A stretch of DNA of 64,000 nucleotides, taken from the IMG/VR virus record IMGVR_UViG_3300045988_166882. The stretch is one strand, 5' to 3'. This DNA comes from a virus. Shown one piece after another: positions 1-8,483 of the stretch. A program made the translations under genes and the position numbers. A model generated the notes under the pieces. It made no database searches and was not told the DNA's origin. It saw only the letters and a list, made by a program, of their open reading frames with translations. Within the stretch, counting starts at the first letter, position 1. Each line of letters opens with the position of its first letter.

Positions 1-17
1 GCGAAATACAGGTAGAG

Positions 18-803
18 TTGGAATACGTCCAAGACGTGTTAAAACGGTTCATCAACGACATCGAAAAACGCCGTGAAGAATTCCGTAACCGCGTCCAAGA
101 CGTGCGTCTGTATTCGAAACGCCCTCGCTTAGAGGAACTCAGCTGGATGTACACCCAGATGAAGACGCGGTATAAGGCCCTACGTTCGAACGACGCCTAT
201 AATTCGATGCTTCGCACTCTGGAGCAGATCCGTAAAGAGGCCGAAGGCGACCAAATCTTCATCAACGGAGCCATAGACGTCAACGTCGAAACAGAGATAC
301 GCCTCCACATCCAGCAAACCATATACAAATCGGTCAACCTCAAGGAGATAATCCTTGGCCGCGTGGCTGCGCGTATGAATTGGGACTTGGCGAAATTAGT
401 CGCTGGCCTCCACAACTCGTATTACGCCCGTTTTATGCCTACCAACGACGAATACGATCCCCAAGCCGAAATGGAGTACCCGTCGTCGATGAATTACGAC
501 TTCAACCGTATTCAACACAACCACGCGGTGAGTGGCGTTGACGAAGTGGAAGACGTTAAGGCCGAACCCCTCACCGAGCAAGAGCGTACCTCCAGCGAGG
601 CCATAAAGCAGCTATTCCTCCAGCGTATCGCTAAACAGCGTGAAGCCTTGGAAGCACCTAAACAGCGTGCTGACGCCGAAGTGGACTTTTGGCGTTCAAA
701 GTTTAATAAGACCGCGGACGAAGACCACGAACTCACACGCGAGGAAGGGCGCGTACCGCAGCACAAGTTCAATAAAAAGCAAAAATCTAAATTCAAGAAG
801 TGA
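18..803 (+). CDS. hypothetical protein (261 aa)
   Basis: Long ORF opening after an in-frame stop at 12-14. Only a TTG is available at 18 and the first in-frame ATG is at 147, so the start is uncertain. Its stop overlaps the next start (TGATG). Confidence 0.6.
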   Translation: MEYVQDVLKRFINDIEKRREEFRNRVQDVRLYSKRPRLEELSWMYTQMKTRYKALRSNDAYNSMLRTLEQIRKEAEGDQIFINGAIDVNVETEIRLHIQQTIYKSVNLKEIILGRVAARMNWDLAKLVAGLHNSYYARFMPTNDEYDPQAEMEYPSSMNYDFNRIQHNHAVSGVDEVEDVKAEPLTEQERTSSEAIKQLFLQRIAKQREALEAPKQRADAEVDFWRSKFNKTADEDHELTREEGRVPQHKFNKKQKSKFKK

Positions 804-1372
804 TGGAAATTCAAGAATTCAAAAGTCGTTGGAATTGCCAGCCCATCGAGTTGATCTCCGGAGCGGAGGCTGACGTGTTGGTCAACTTAGACCGTGAGCG
901 CGACGAGCGTGTACGCTACGTCACCGAAAAGGTTACGGCGTTCGGTTGGCAGGCGTCGAAAGTGATCCCTGTGGCCGACGGTATGTATGACCGCGTTCGT
1001 AACTTGGTGATGATTGGCGACGACGTGGTCGGTAAGTCTGTAACCACGACCACCACGGTACGTTCGTTCGCCGAGTTCCGCGCAGACTACGAAGCGATGA
1101 TGGCCGAACTTCAGCGTCGCGTTGACGATTCGGACTACGTGCTGGGCGCCATCCGTTCGCTGGGCTTCGACGTACGTGAAGACACCGTCGTGGAGAAGGT
1201 GTCCAGCGTAACCATTAGCGCGATGCATACTCGTATGGGCGTGGAGTTTGTAACCGCGTTCGCTAACACCTCGGCAGTGGTGTACCTCCCGCTGCGCCCC
1301 GAAGAGCGTAACGTACGATTTGTGGCCGTGGCCGGAGCAGGGTGGTACAAGGTGACGTTCGCTAAACGATAA
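803..1372 (+). CDS. hypothetical protein
   Basis: ORF 800-1372; the ATG at 803 overlaps the upstream TGA, suggesting translational coupling. Confidence 0.65.
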   Translation: MEIQEFKSRWNCQPIELISGAEADVLVNLDRERDERVRYVTEKVTAFGWQASKVIPVADGMYDRVRNLVMIGDDVVGKSVTTTTTVRSFAEFRADYEAMMAELQRRVDDSDYVLGAIRSLGFDVREDTVVEKVSSVTISAMHTRMGVEFVTAFANTSAVVYLPLRPEERNVRFVAVAGAGWYKVTFAKR

Positions 1373-1390
1373 CGAAAATTCAAGACCAAA

Positions 1391-1930
1391 ATGGACGACA
1401 AATCGACATTATTCGCCGCGCTGGTGTGCGCCTTGGCTATCGTCGTGGTGTTGATCGTGGAACACCGCCCGTCTTTCTTCTGGTGGCGGTATTTGTTCGG
1501 GTTGGAGAAAACCAGCCCTGACGAAATGGAGTGGAACGAAGTGGTACAGCGTATTCGTAAGCGCGTATACAAAGCATACAAGCGCCAACGCAAGTGCCTT
1601 TCCAACGGTATCATCGCTACCTACGGAATAGAACAATACGACGACGGTGTATACCGTGAGTGGTTGACGCTTTACCCCAAACGCGGTTACAATCCTCAGG
1701 TCCCGATCGTCATCATCGACCTTCAAACCAGTATCGCCTCAGTTGACGGGCTGGGTCCCAAAGAGGACTTCGATCCGTACCAGTGGATGATGGAGCAGAT
1801 GAGTAACGACACGTGCTACGAAATCGCCAAGCGGGCGTACATTTGCGAACAGAAGGGCCACCGGGGCGATACCGAACGCGCCAAGGTACAACAGGAATAC
1901 ATTTCGTGGATAGCGCGACGGTTCATCTAA
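1391..1930 (+). CDS. hypothetical protein with N-terminal transmembrane helix
   Basis: 179-aa ORF with a hydrophobic N-terminus (LFAALVCALAIVVVLIV). Confidence 0.65.
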   Translation: MDDKSTLFAALVCALAIVVVLIVEHRPSFFWWRYLFGLEKTSPDEMEWNEVVQRIRKRVYKAYKRQRKCLSNGIIATYGIEQYDDGVYREWLTLYPKRGYNPQVPIVIIDLQTSIASVDGLGPKEDFDPYQWMMEQMSNDTCYEIAKRAYICEQKGHRGDTERAKVQQEYISWIARRFI

Positions 1931-1984
1931 CAACGTTATACTACGTGACGCCGCGAGGCGATATAACTATCATTTTACAAGTTT

Positions 1985-2020
1985 CCCCCAGTAGACAAAA
2001 CGTCCGCTGGGGGTTTCTGT
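1985..2020 (+). terminator. rho-independent terminator
   Basis: CCCCCAGTAGAC/GTCCGCTGGGGG 12-bp stem with one mismatch, 5-nt loop, followed by TTTCTGTT. Confidence 0.6.
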
Positions 2021-2039
2021 TGGCGGTTTACGAAAAATA

Positions 2040-2120
2040 ATTCTCTTTTGTTGGAAGATTTTTCGTAATTCTCTTTGAAGTCTTGGAGATTTACACTACC
2101 TTCGCTCTTGGAAATGAAAC
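2040..2120 (+). promoter_or_regulatory. promoter plus conserved leader, copy A of 4
   Basis: ATTCTCTTTG..TTGGAGA..TACCTTCG (2097-2104, -7-like box) followed by CTCTTGGAAATGAAAC. Homologous cassettes lie at 5131, 19536 and 29343. Confidence 0.5.
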
Positions 2121-2137
2121 TTAAACACTCGAAAACT

Positions 2138-2251
2138 ATGAAACGCTTTAATCTTATCTCCGCTCTCGAAATTACGGCCCGTGTGCTGATGATTGGTGGA
2201 TTGGTAGCCGGAACGCTGGCTGTCCTTGGATTGATAGTTTCGTTGTTCTAA
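2138..2251 (+). CDS. small membrane protein (37 aa)
   Basis: First ATG after promoter copy A; hand-translated as MKRFNLISALEITARVLMIGGLVAGTLAVLGLIVSLF. Below the length cut-off of the ORF track. Confidence 0.45.
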   Translation: MKRFNLISALEITARVLMIGGLVAGTLAVLGLIVSLF

Positions 2252-2265
2252 AAACTGCTTGGAAA

Positions 2266-2481
2266 ATGGATAAGAATCGTAAACAACTCGAAGAGCGTGC
2301 CGCTTGGGCGCTGTGTATTATCGTAACCGTGATCGTCTTTGGCGCTACGAATATAGCCTACTTGGGCTGGCGCTTTGAAAACTTTTGGAGTAAGACCGTG
2401 TGGCTTTCGGTGGCTGGCGTGATGACGCTGGCTGGAATAGTAGCTATCGTCAAAATTATCGAACGTCTCAACCGTAAATAG
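2266..2481 (+). CDS. small membrane protein (71 aa)
   Basis: ORF with two hydrophobic segments. Confidence 0.6.
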   Translation: MDKNRKQLEERAAWALCIIVTVIVFGATNIAYLGWRFENFWSKTVWLSVAGVMTLAGIVAIVKIIERLNRK

Positions 2482-2612
2482 CCCTATGACACGTGAAATG
2501 ATTATCGCCGCCGCGTATGCCGCTGGCTACGACGCTGAAACGCCCAGCGTTACCGAGGCTGAAGCCTATTTGGCCGCCGCCGTAAGATTGTAAAACTAAA
2601 TCGTATATCAAA

Positions 2613-2933
2613 ATGAAATCCAAAACCCTCAAACAGTTTATCGCTGAGAAGCGCAAGAGCGACGTACAGCGCCCCGACGCCGTGATGAAAGCGTTGGATC
2701 GACTCACCAGCGTGAAGGACGGTGTGTATTACGGTTCGGCCGTTATCATCAACATCACCGACCTCGAAGGTAACGTTCTGGCCGACGCAGCTATCAACGG
2801 TGAGCAGTTAGACGGCCTTCGCGTTGCGCTCATCGAGGCGTATCGCCAGACGCTGATGGCCAAGGAGACTGTCGCTGCGTGCGAAGTCCGCAAAATGCAA
2901 CGTTTTATTAACGAACTTAATCCCCAAAAGTGA
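2613..2933 (+). CDS. hypothetical protein
   Basis: 106-aa ORF; its stop overlaps the next start. Confidence 0.65.
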   Translation: MKSKTLKQFIAEKRKSDVQRPDAVMKALDRLTSVKDGVYYGSAVIINITDLEGNVLADAAINGEQLDGLRVALIEAYRQTLMAKETVAACEVRKMQRFINELNPQK

Positions 2934-3262
2934 TGAATCCCCTGTACCGTATCGGCAGCCGCGTGAAGGTTAAGACGTGGCCCGAAATAGCTGAATACCT
3001 CGGTTTGGACTACGAAGAACGCGACTTCTTGGAATTAGAAGGTATCGTATACGACGAAGCCAACGACGACCCTATCGGGTTGTTGGACGAAATGTACGAC
3101 GCCGCTGGTAAGGGTGAAGACCCGTGCCTAATCGTTGGCGGTGATACCGAGGACGAGTTCCCGACCTACCACCTGCGTAACCTACGCACAGGCCAGATGG
3201 TGGAACGAGAACCGCGTGCGCCGTACCAGTTCCGTGATTGGATGTTAAAACTGACGCGGTGA
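2933..3262 (+). CDS. hypothetical protein
   Basis: ORF 2930-3262; ATG at 2933 in a TGATG overlap. Confidence 0.65.
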   Translation: MNPLYRIGSRVKVKTWPEIAEYLGLDYEERDFLELEGIVYDEANDDPIGLLDEMYDAAGKGEDPCLIVGGDTEDEFPTYHLRNLRTGQMVEREPRAPYQFRDWMLKLTR

Positions 3263-3495
3263 TGACTAAGGACGAAATAATACGCCAAATCGAGGATGTC
3301 CGTCGTCAACGCGCCAAGACCGAACGCCAGTTGATAGCGCGAGGACGCGGTTATCCCGTCCACAACGACGCCGAGGTAGAACTCACACTGGAAGAATACC
3401 ACTACGAGGGTTCTTCGTCACGCAGCGAGGAGCGGCTGTTGGCCCTCTTGGACGAAGAACGCGCTAAATACACCACCACCCTAACCTATCTGTGA
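3262..3495 (+). CDS. hypothetical protein
   Basis: ORF 3238-3495. The in-frame ATG at 3262 shares one base with the upstream stop (TGATG), so it is the preferred start. Confidence 0.6.
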   Translation: MTKDEIIRQIEDVRRQRAKTERQLIARGRGYPVHNDAEVELTLEEYHYEGSSSRSEERLLALLDEERAKYTTTLTYL

Positions 3496-3496
3496 T

Positions 3497-3988
3497 ATGT
3501 CGCGAATTGTTGGTAAACCATCAGTTCTTGTCGAAGGCAGCGACGCTTTACGAGAACTCATCGAAACTTACGCCACGATGGATATTAAGGCGTTTTGCGC
3601 TAAATGGGATTTGGCGATCGCTACGGTCCGCAGTACGGCGTCGCGAAGGGGTTTACTCCGGCTGAGGGTGAAAGTCCCTAAAAAGGACACCGCCAAAGCC
3701 GTGAAGCCCACCGCGCGTCGCGGTCGTAAGCCGAAGGCAGTTGAAACGCCTCCACCGCCACCCGTACCAGCCTACGAACCGCCAAAAGATATGATTCCGC
3801 CATCGTTACTTAAACAGGTACGTGGTCGTCGCTTGCGGGCTTGGAAAGAACCCTCGTCGCGTGCCGAACTCAACACGATGCCTGTACCGTATCCGTTCAG
3901 CGAAATCGCCGACGCACCCTACAACCGCGGGTTGGATGAAACACCAGAAGAAACGGGTCGCGTTATAAGACACACCAAAAACCGATAG
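3497..3988 (+). CDS. hypothetical basic, proline-rich protein
   Basis: 163-aa ORF with a possible helix-turn-helix-like N-terminus. No firm motif. Confidence 0.6.
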   Translation: MSRIVGKPSVLVEGSDALRELIETYATMDIKAFCAKWDLAIATVRSTASRRGLLRLRVKVPKKDTAKAVKPTARRGRKPKAVETPPPPPVPAYEPPKDMIPPSLLKQVRGRRLRAWKEPSSRAELNTMPVPYPFSEIADAPYNRGLDETPEETGRVIRHTKNR

Positions 3989-3990
3989 CC

Positions 3991-4542
3991 ATGGACTATA
4001 AAGGACGTATATGCCGCCTGATCGTTGACGAATTGCCTGTTGACGCCTATGGAATGAAGGTGTTGGCGGCGGCGCGTGACCTGTGGGCCAAGCAGGGTAA
4101 GGTGTGTATTTCCACGGGCCGCGCCTTGGGGCGTGAGTTCCCCGTGGTCCAGATTATCGGTGGTGAACCGATGAACTACCCCCAGCGCGTGATCGACGTC
4201 GTCAACGAACTCCGTTCAGCCAACACCAACGTGCGTATCAAACTCTTCACCGGGTTCCCCGACACGGAGGGGTTGTTGAAAGTAGCACCGCTGGTTGACG
4301 CTATTGCCGTGACCTTGGCCAGCCCGGACGACGAACACCACTTCCGCGTTTCGCGCTTGGGGTTTCGCGATTTTGGTAAAACCAGTATGGAGATACGCTA
4401 CAACTCCACCACCGGAGAAGATCCTACAGGCCGCGTATTTCCCCAGTATTGGCGGTTGGTGGATATGGCTCGTGTTGGTGACTATCTGTTGGAATCGACG
4501 GCCTGGGTGATGAAATACGCCAACGGAACGTTATTTAACTAA
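3991..4542 (+). CDS. hypothetical protein (GGEP-containing, radical-SAM-core-like but without a Cys triad)
   Basis: 183-aa ORF; QIIGGEPMNY...KLFTGF resembles the SAM-binding GGEP region, but no CxxxCxxC is present. Confidence 0.55.
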   Translation: MDYKGRICRLIVDELPVDAYGMKVLAAARDLWAKQGKVCISTGRALGREFPVVQIIGGEPMNYPQRVIDVVNELRSANTNVRIKLFTGFPDTEGLLKVAPLVDAIAVTLASPDDEHHFRVSRLGFRDFGKTSMEIRYNSTTGEDPTGRVFPQYWRLVDMARVGDYLLESTAWVMKYANGTLFN

Positions 4543-4558
4543 AAATCTTGGAAACGAT

Positions 4559-4996
4559 ATGAACGAAGAACGTAACTACGATGACCCGCGGCTCAGCGAA
4601 GAAATGCGCCGTTACGGGTGTTACACTGTACCCAGCGCAGACCCCGCGCGTCCTAACGACACCCAAATCTGTTTAACGCCGGAATTTCTGGCCAACACCA
4701 AGGGGTACTCCATCACGATGGATATGGGGTTCGGTAAAGAACGTGTAAACTCGTGGACACGTAACGCCAACGGCGTACTGGAGTTTCGCCAGTTCCCCGA
4801 CCGCCTGTACTTGGATGAAACGGCGGGTGAGGGTAAGTACACCGTTGAGGTGACGCTGAGGTGTGAGTGCGGTGAACGAATCCCCCTCACCTACGCTCAG
4901 ACGCGCATATTCATACGCGGAGCACTCGAACAGCGCTACCTCCCCAAGGTGCTGCTCCGCTGTCCTAAGTGCAACAAAATGATCTTCAAACCGTGA
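4559..4996 (+). CDS. hypothetical Zn-ribbon protein
   Basis: 145-aa ORF with CECG...CPKC cysteine pairs. Confidence 0.6.
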   Translation: MNEERNYDDPRLSEEMRRYGCYTVPSADPARPNDTQICLTPEFLANTKGYSITMDMGFGKERVNSWTRNANGVLEFRQFPDRLYLDETAGEGKYTVEVTLRCECGERIPLTYAQTRIFIRGALEQRYLPKVLLRCPKCNKMIFKP

Positions 4997-5018
4997 TGAA
5001 ACCGTTGGTGTATATACT

Positions 5019-5060
5019 GAGGTTGGTGGTCCGGGTGGTCGCCAACCTCCTTTATTTTAT
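5019..5060 (+). terminator. rho-independent terminator
   Basis: GAGGTTGGTG/CGCCAACCTC 10-bp stem (one G-U pair), 11-nt loop, followed by CTTTATTTTAT. Sits just upstream of promoter copy B. Confidence 0.55.
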
Positions 5061-5130
5061 AGCGTGGTTGGTAGTTTTGGCGTTATTGGCGATGATGCTA
5101 TACTCGCTCTGGTGTTGATAAAACGAGGGT

Positions 5131-5222
5131 CTTGGAAAAATCTTCGTAAAAAAGAGAAAATTTCTTCAAATTCTCTTGGCGGTTTGGAAAATTCGCCGTA
5201 CCTTTGCAGTGGAAAATGAAAC
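5131..5222 (+). promoter_or_regulatory. promoter plus conserved leader, copy B of 4
   Basis: AAATTTCTTCAAATTCTCTTGG (identical 22-mer also in copy C), then TTTGGAAAATT, TACCTTTG (5199-5206, exact TAnnTTTG) and GTGGAAAATGAAAC. Confidence 0.55.
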
Positions 5223-5236
5223 TAAACCTTTTAATT

Positions 5237-5650
5237 ATGAAAGCAACCGTTGAAACCATCCGCGAAATCGTAAAGGTCCTGACCCCTGAAGAACAGCAAC
5301 TCTTGAAAGACACGTTCTTGTACGGAGGTTGGGGTGATACCGACATTGAGTTCCTCGACGAAGAGGGTAAAGTAGAAACCGTTGGCGCTTGGGGATATTG
5401 TACTAATGACGCTCGCGAAGGTGGTCATTTCGCCGGGCGTGTGGTATCGACGATGTTCCGGTCGATTTACCGTAAACTCTGCGCCGCTAACCGTAACACG
5501 ATTGGCGCCCAGCTGTCGCACTGTAACGATTGGTGGGGTGATGGTAGCGGCGATATGCTGTTCGTTCGCTCGGCGTGGAATAAGGCGTGGATGGAATGGG
5601 CCAAGGAGCCCATCCAGCCCGACGCCATCAACGCCTGCCTCGCCAAGTAA
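5237..5650 (+). CDS. hypothetical protein
   Basis: ORF 5204-5650. The ATG at 5237 lies downstream of the conserved leader and is the preferred start. Confidence 0.65.
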   Translation: MKATVETIREIVKVLTPEEQQLLKDTFLYGGWGDTDIEFLDEEGKVETVGAWGYCTNDAREGGHFAGRVVSTMFRSIYRKLCAANRNTIGAQLSHCNDWWGDGSGDMLFVRSAWNKAWMEWAKEPIQPDAINACLAK

Positions 5651-5680
5651 AATAGTCAAAACCGCAAGACAAATAGCACG

Positions 5681-6508
5681 ATGAAAACGTACCGTATTAA
5701 CCAATTCAAGACCAAGGAGGCCGTCATGGACGCCATCATCGAGGTCTTCAAACGCCGCGAGGATTGGACCGAAGCCGAGGGCCGCCGTACCGGCATCAAT
5801 CCCGAACCCACGTTCAAGGCCCAAAAGGCGTACGACCTGGCGTTCCAGTCGATGGGGGGTAATTCGTTCCGGCCAGGTGAATACCAAAAGTCGAAGCGCG
5901 AAATGGTCGATTACTTGAACAATATGGAGTCGCTGTTTCACGACGCCCGCCTTAAATGGTTCCGTTTCTACACCCAGCACACCTACCTCTCCACCGACGC
6001 CGGCAAGAGTGAACGTGAAGCCCTCTTGAAAAAGATTAACGTTTACAACGCCGCCATCGAGGAGTTGACGAACCGTTTTTCCGGGGACCTCGCTGAATTT
6101 TTGGAAGAAAACCGTAACTGCCCTGACTGGCGTGTGGCGCGGTATAGCGAGAACTCCGTAACGTTCGGGTTGGTGGATGCGGCCGATAATATCGACCAGC
6201 AGTCGCTGCTGACGTTTTACATCGATCGCGGCGTTACCGGCAGCGACGAGCCTACGTTGGTAACCTCCATCCAGAATCAGGGGCGCTGGTCGTGTGAAGA
6301 GGTCGGACCGCAGTACGTCCGATATGCATGGATGGGCCTACTGCTGTTGGACGACCGCCTCAAATCGCTTAAAGAGGCGATGGTAAGGTACGGGTCCGGC
6401 GTAAGGGAAAACGCGACTGCCATCAGCACCGCCAATGTTAGACTGAGTAAAGTGGGTCTCGACGACTTTCAGGCCCGTTTCACCGAGTACGAACTCCAAA
6501 ACTGGTAA
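5681..6508 (+). CDS. hypothetical protein (275 aa)
   Basis: Long ORF with no recognisable motif. Confidence 0.7.
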   Translation: MKTYRINQFKTKEAVMDAIIEVFKRREDWTEAEGRRTGINPEPTFKAQKAYDLAFQSMGGNSFRPGEYQKSKREMVDYLNNMESLFHDARLKWFRFYTQHTYLSTDAGKSEREALLKKINVYNAAIEELTNRFSGDLAEFLEENRNCPDWRVARYSENSVTFGLVDAADNIDQQSLLTFYIDRGVTGSDEPTLVTSIQNQGRWSCEEVGPQYVRYAWMGLLLLDDRLKSLKEAMVRYGSGVRENATAISTANVRLSKVGLDDFQARFTEYELQNW

Positions 6509-6511
6509 ATC

Positions 6512-6808
6512 ATGAACGCAGAAACTATCGTCAACCTCTATATCATCAACGCTACCTCGAAAAGCGACCTTCGCGATATGGGTGATAAGCAGCGTCGGAT
6601 GATTGAAGAACGCCGCCTGATGGCCGTGCGTGAGATGTTAGGCGCCAAATTGGCCCACATAACGGCTAACGGCCAGTGGCGTGAAGCAATAGCGGTCCTC
6701 GGTATCACCCACCGCGAATCGGCAGAAAAGTGGTACGATTTGACCACTACGTTTGGCGACTTCGACCCTAACCGGATGATGTTCGAGAAAGTAGAAATTG
6801 AAGTTTAA
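6512..6808 (+). CDS. hypothetical protein
   Basis: 98-aa ORF packed tightly against its neighbours. Confidence 0.65.
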   Translation: MNAETIVNLYIINATSKSDLRDMGDKQRRMIEERRLMAVREMLGAKLAHITANGQWREAIAVLGITHRESAEKWYDLTTTFGDFDPNRMMFEKVEIEV

Positions 6809-6827
6809 TCCCCTAATACAACGAATT

Positions 6828-7055
6828 ATGGCACCTAATCGAGTAACCCGCGCCACGGCCATGGCTACGGCCCGTGACTACGCTAAAAACCATTCCAAGG
6901 AGGCTCTCCGCGTTCAGGTAGCGCTGTACCGTGAGCAGGTAAAGTCGCTTAATCGCGCCAAGGCCAACGCCACCGACGAAGAAGTGAAACGGCTGACCGA
7001 GCGTATAGCCGACACCCGTGAACTTTTGAGGGCATTCGAGAACGAGGCCAAATAA
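6828..7055 (+). CDS. hypothetical protein
   Basis: ORF 6798-7055 has only a TTG at 6798; the first ATG is at 6828. Confidence 0.55.
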   Translation: MAPNRVTRATAMATARDYAKNHSKEALRVQVALYREQVKSLNRAKANATDEEVKRLTERIADTRELLRAFENEAK

Positions 7056-7093
7056 CAACGCAAACCTTTTAATCACCAAATAGCAAAACGAAA

Positions 7094-8083
7094 ATGGAAA
7101 ATCAAACTATCACGAGCGTTTTCAACGCCACCGCCCCGTTGGCCATCAACGCCGAAGCCTCAATCACCAAGACGCAGGTTCTGTTCCTGTACGCCGTCGC
7201 TGCTGCCGCCGCTGACCGCCCCTTCATCCCTAACGTCGACGAAGGCCCGCTGCCGTTCACGGGCGTTGACGAAGTGGCTGTACCTTACAGCGAGGTTCGT
7301 GTCTGGCTCGGCCAGATGCTGGACGCCAACCTGCTGATGCGGCGCGTGATGCCTATTCCTGACGGCGCAGACTTCGTTCGTGAAATCAAGCGCGTGTCGT
7401 ACGAGTGTAGCGACGCCGGGCTGTTGGAGTTGTGCGTTGACGACGACACGCTTCACTTCACCGCCCTTGGTGTTGAGGCCATCGAAAAGTACGGCCCGGT
7501 GTTGGACGCTGAGTGGCTGGTGATCGAGCGCTCGGTCCTGAAAATCGTCAACAACCGCTACGGCCACTGCGGTATCGGCGTTGAGGAATGTACGCGCCAC
7601 GTCCCCACGCTGAATCCGCGCGAACTGAAGAACCAGTTCGTGATGGTCGACAACGACCTCATGGGTGCTGTATACCGCCGCACCGACGGCCTGCTGCTGG
7701 TGAACGTGTTCGGCGTTGGTACGTTCATCGTCGAACGCCTTGTGGCTATCAACACCGAAGTGTTGGCCACGTTGGCCGACGAAGGCTATCTCCAGCGTGA
7801 CACCGAAGAAACCGTCAACGAGTACCACACGCGCTTCTCGGCCCTGTCGAAGGTCTACCAGCGCGAGCACGGCATTCCCGACGACGAAGAACCCGCCGAA
7901 GTCCCCGAAGACAACCCGATGGCGGCCTTGGCAGCGATGCTGGGTAAGCAACTCGGGAAGAAGGTAGGGCTGGCACGTATCGACGTCCCCAGGGACGGCA
8001 GCGCGCCTACGGTGGCCAATCTGGACGATAAGGTAGAGGAAGCCGCCGTGGTGATGGACGCCGAGGACAAACCCGTTTCGTAA
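7094..8083 (+). CDS. hypothetical protein with acidic C-terminus (329 aa)
   Basis: Long ORF; the minus-strand ORFs overlapping it look like shadow ORFs. Confidence 0.7.
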   Translation: MENQTITSVFNATAPLAINAEASITKTQVLFLYAVAAAAADRPFIPNVDEGPLPFTGVDEVAVPYSEVRVWLGQMLDANLLMRRVMPIPDGADFVREIKRVSYECSDAGLLELCVDDDTLHFTALGVEAIEKYGPVLDAEWLVIERSVLKIVNNRYGHCGIGVEECTRHVPTLNPRELKNQFVMVDNDLMGAVYRRTDGLLLVNVFGVGTFIVERLVAINTEVLATLADEGYLQRDTEETVNEYHTRFSALSKVYQREHGIPDDEEPAEVPEDNPMAALAAMLGKQLGKKVGLARIDVPRDGSAPTVANLDDKVEEAAVVMDAEDKPVS

Positions 8084-8107
8084 CCGCGCGTTGGCGTTGA
8101 CGCTTTT

Positions 8108-8143
8108 AGCCGCTGGGGATTTAGGTCCTTGGCGGCTTTTTCG
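8108..8143 (+). terminator. possible rho-independent terminator
   Basis: AGCCGC/GCGGCT stem with a long loop, followed by TTTTTCGTT. Confidence 0.4.
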
Positions 8144-8149
8144 TTGGCA

Positions 8150-8460
8150 CCCCCTTTCTTCCCCCTAATGGTTTCCCTCCTGCAACCTTCCTTTCCTTAA
8201 CCCCCTATAATCCCCCTTTTCCGGTGTAAAGAGAAAAAGACACTTCTCTTTACACTCAACGGGAGACTTTCCTTCTCCAGATAAATCTGTCGAAGACGTC
8301 TCCCGACGCGCACATACGTGCGCACACGTGCTTACGCACGAGAGAACACACGCAAGAAGCAAACGCCAAACATCTCAAATCGCCAAAACGCCGTCTCTCC
8401 AGCACACACGCGCGTGTACAACCGCCAACAGCACTACGCAAAGACGCCAACGTTATTGAG
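8150..8460. other. non-coding block: polypyrimidine/C5 tracts, perfect hairpin, Pu-Py palindromes, CGCCAA repeats (candidate origin or genome terminus)
   Basis: Four CCCCC runs at 8150, 8161, 8201 and 8212. Hairpin with 12-bp perfect stem at 8224-8235/8244-8255. GGGAGAC/GTCTCCC at 8262/8298, GCGCAC/GTGCGC at 8308-8323, palindrome ACACGCGCGTGT at 8406-8417. CGCCAA at 8364, 8381, 8423 and 8445. Confidence 0.4.
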
Positions 8461-8483
8461 GCTGAAAAACTCACAAACACGAA

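Noticed and set aside
2486-2593. A 35-aa ORF (MTREMIIAAAYAAGYDAETPSVTEAEAYLAAAVRL) in the gap between two annotated genes.
   Set aside because: Too short and featureless to support as a gene from sequence alone, although it fills the gap neatly.
3991-4542. Second radical SAM enzyme suggested by the GGEP...TGF pattern.
   Set aside because: No CxxxCxxC cluster or other Cys triad is present, so an active radical SAM assignment is not supportable. Kept as hypothetical.
4996-5118. A 40-aa hydrophobic ORF (MKPLVYILRLVVRVVANLLYFIAWLVVLALLAMMLYSLWC) starting in a TGATG overlap with the upstream gene.
   Set aside because: Its centre coincides with a good terminator hairpin plus T tract (5019-5060) just ahead of promoter copy B. 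I cannot exclude a real small membrane protein, but the terminator reading is more parsimonious.
5231-5980. Long minus-strand ORFs: 5231-5980, 7160-7951, 29668-31347, 33598-34680, 36404-36940, 45031-47011 and 51308-52459.
   Set aside because: Each lies antisense to a + strand ORF that has recognisable motifs or fits the tight start/stop-overlap chain. Their products are Arg/Gly/Val/Leu-rich low-complexity sequences typical of shadow ORFs in GC-rich coding DNA.
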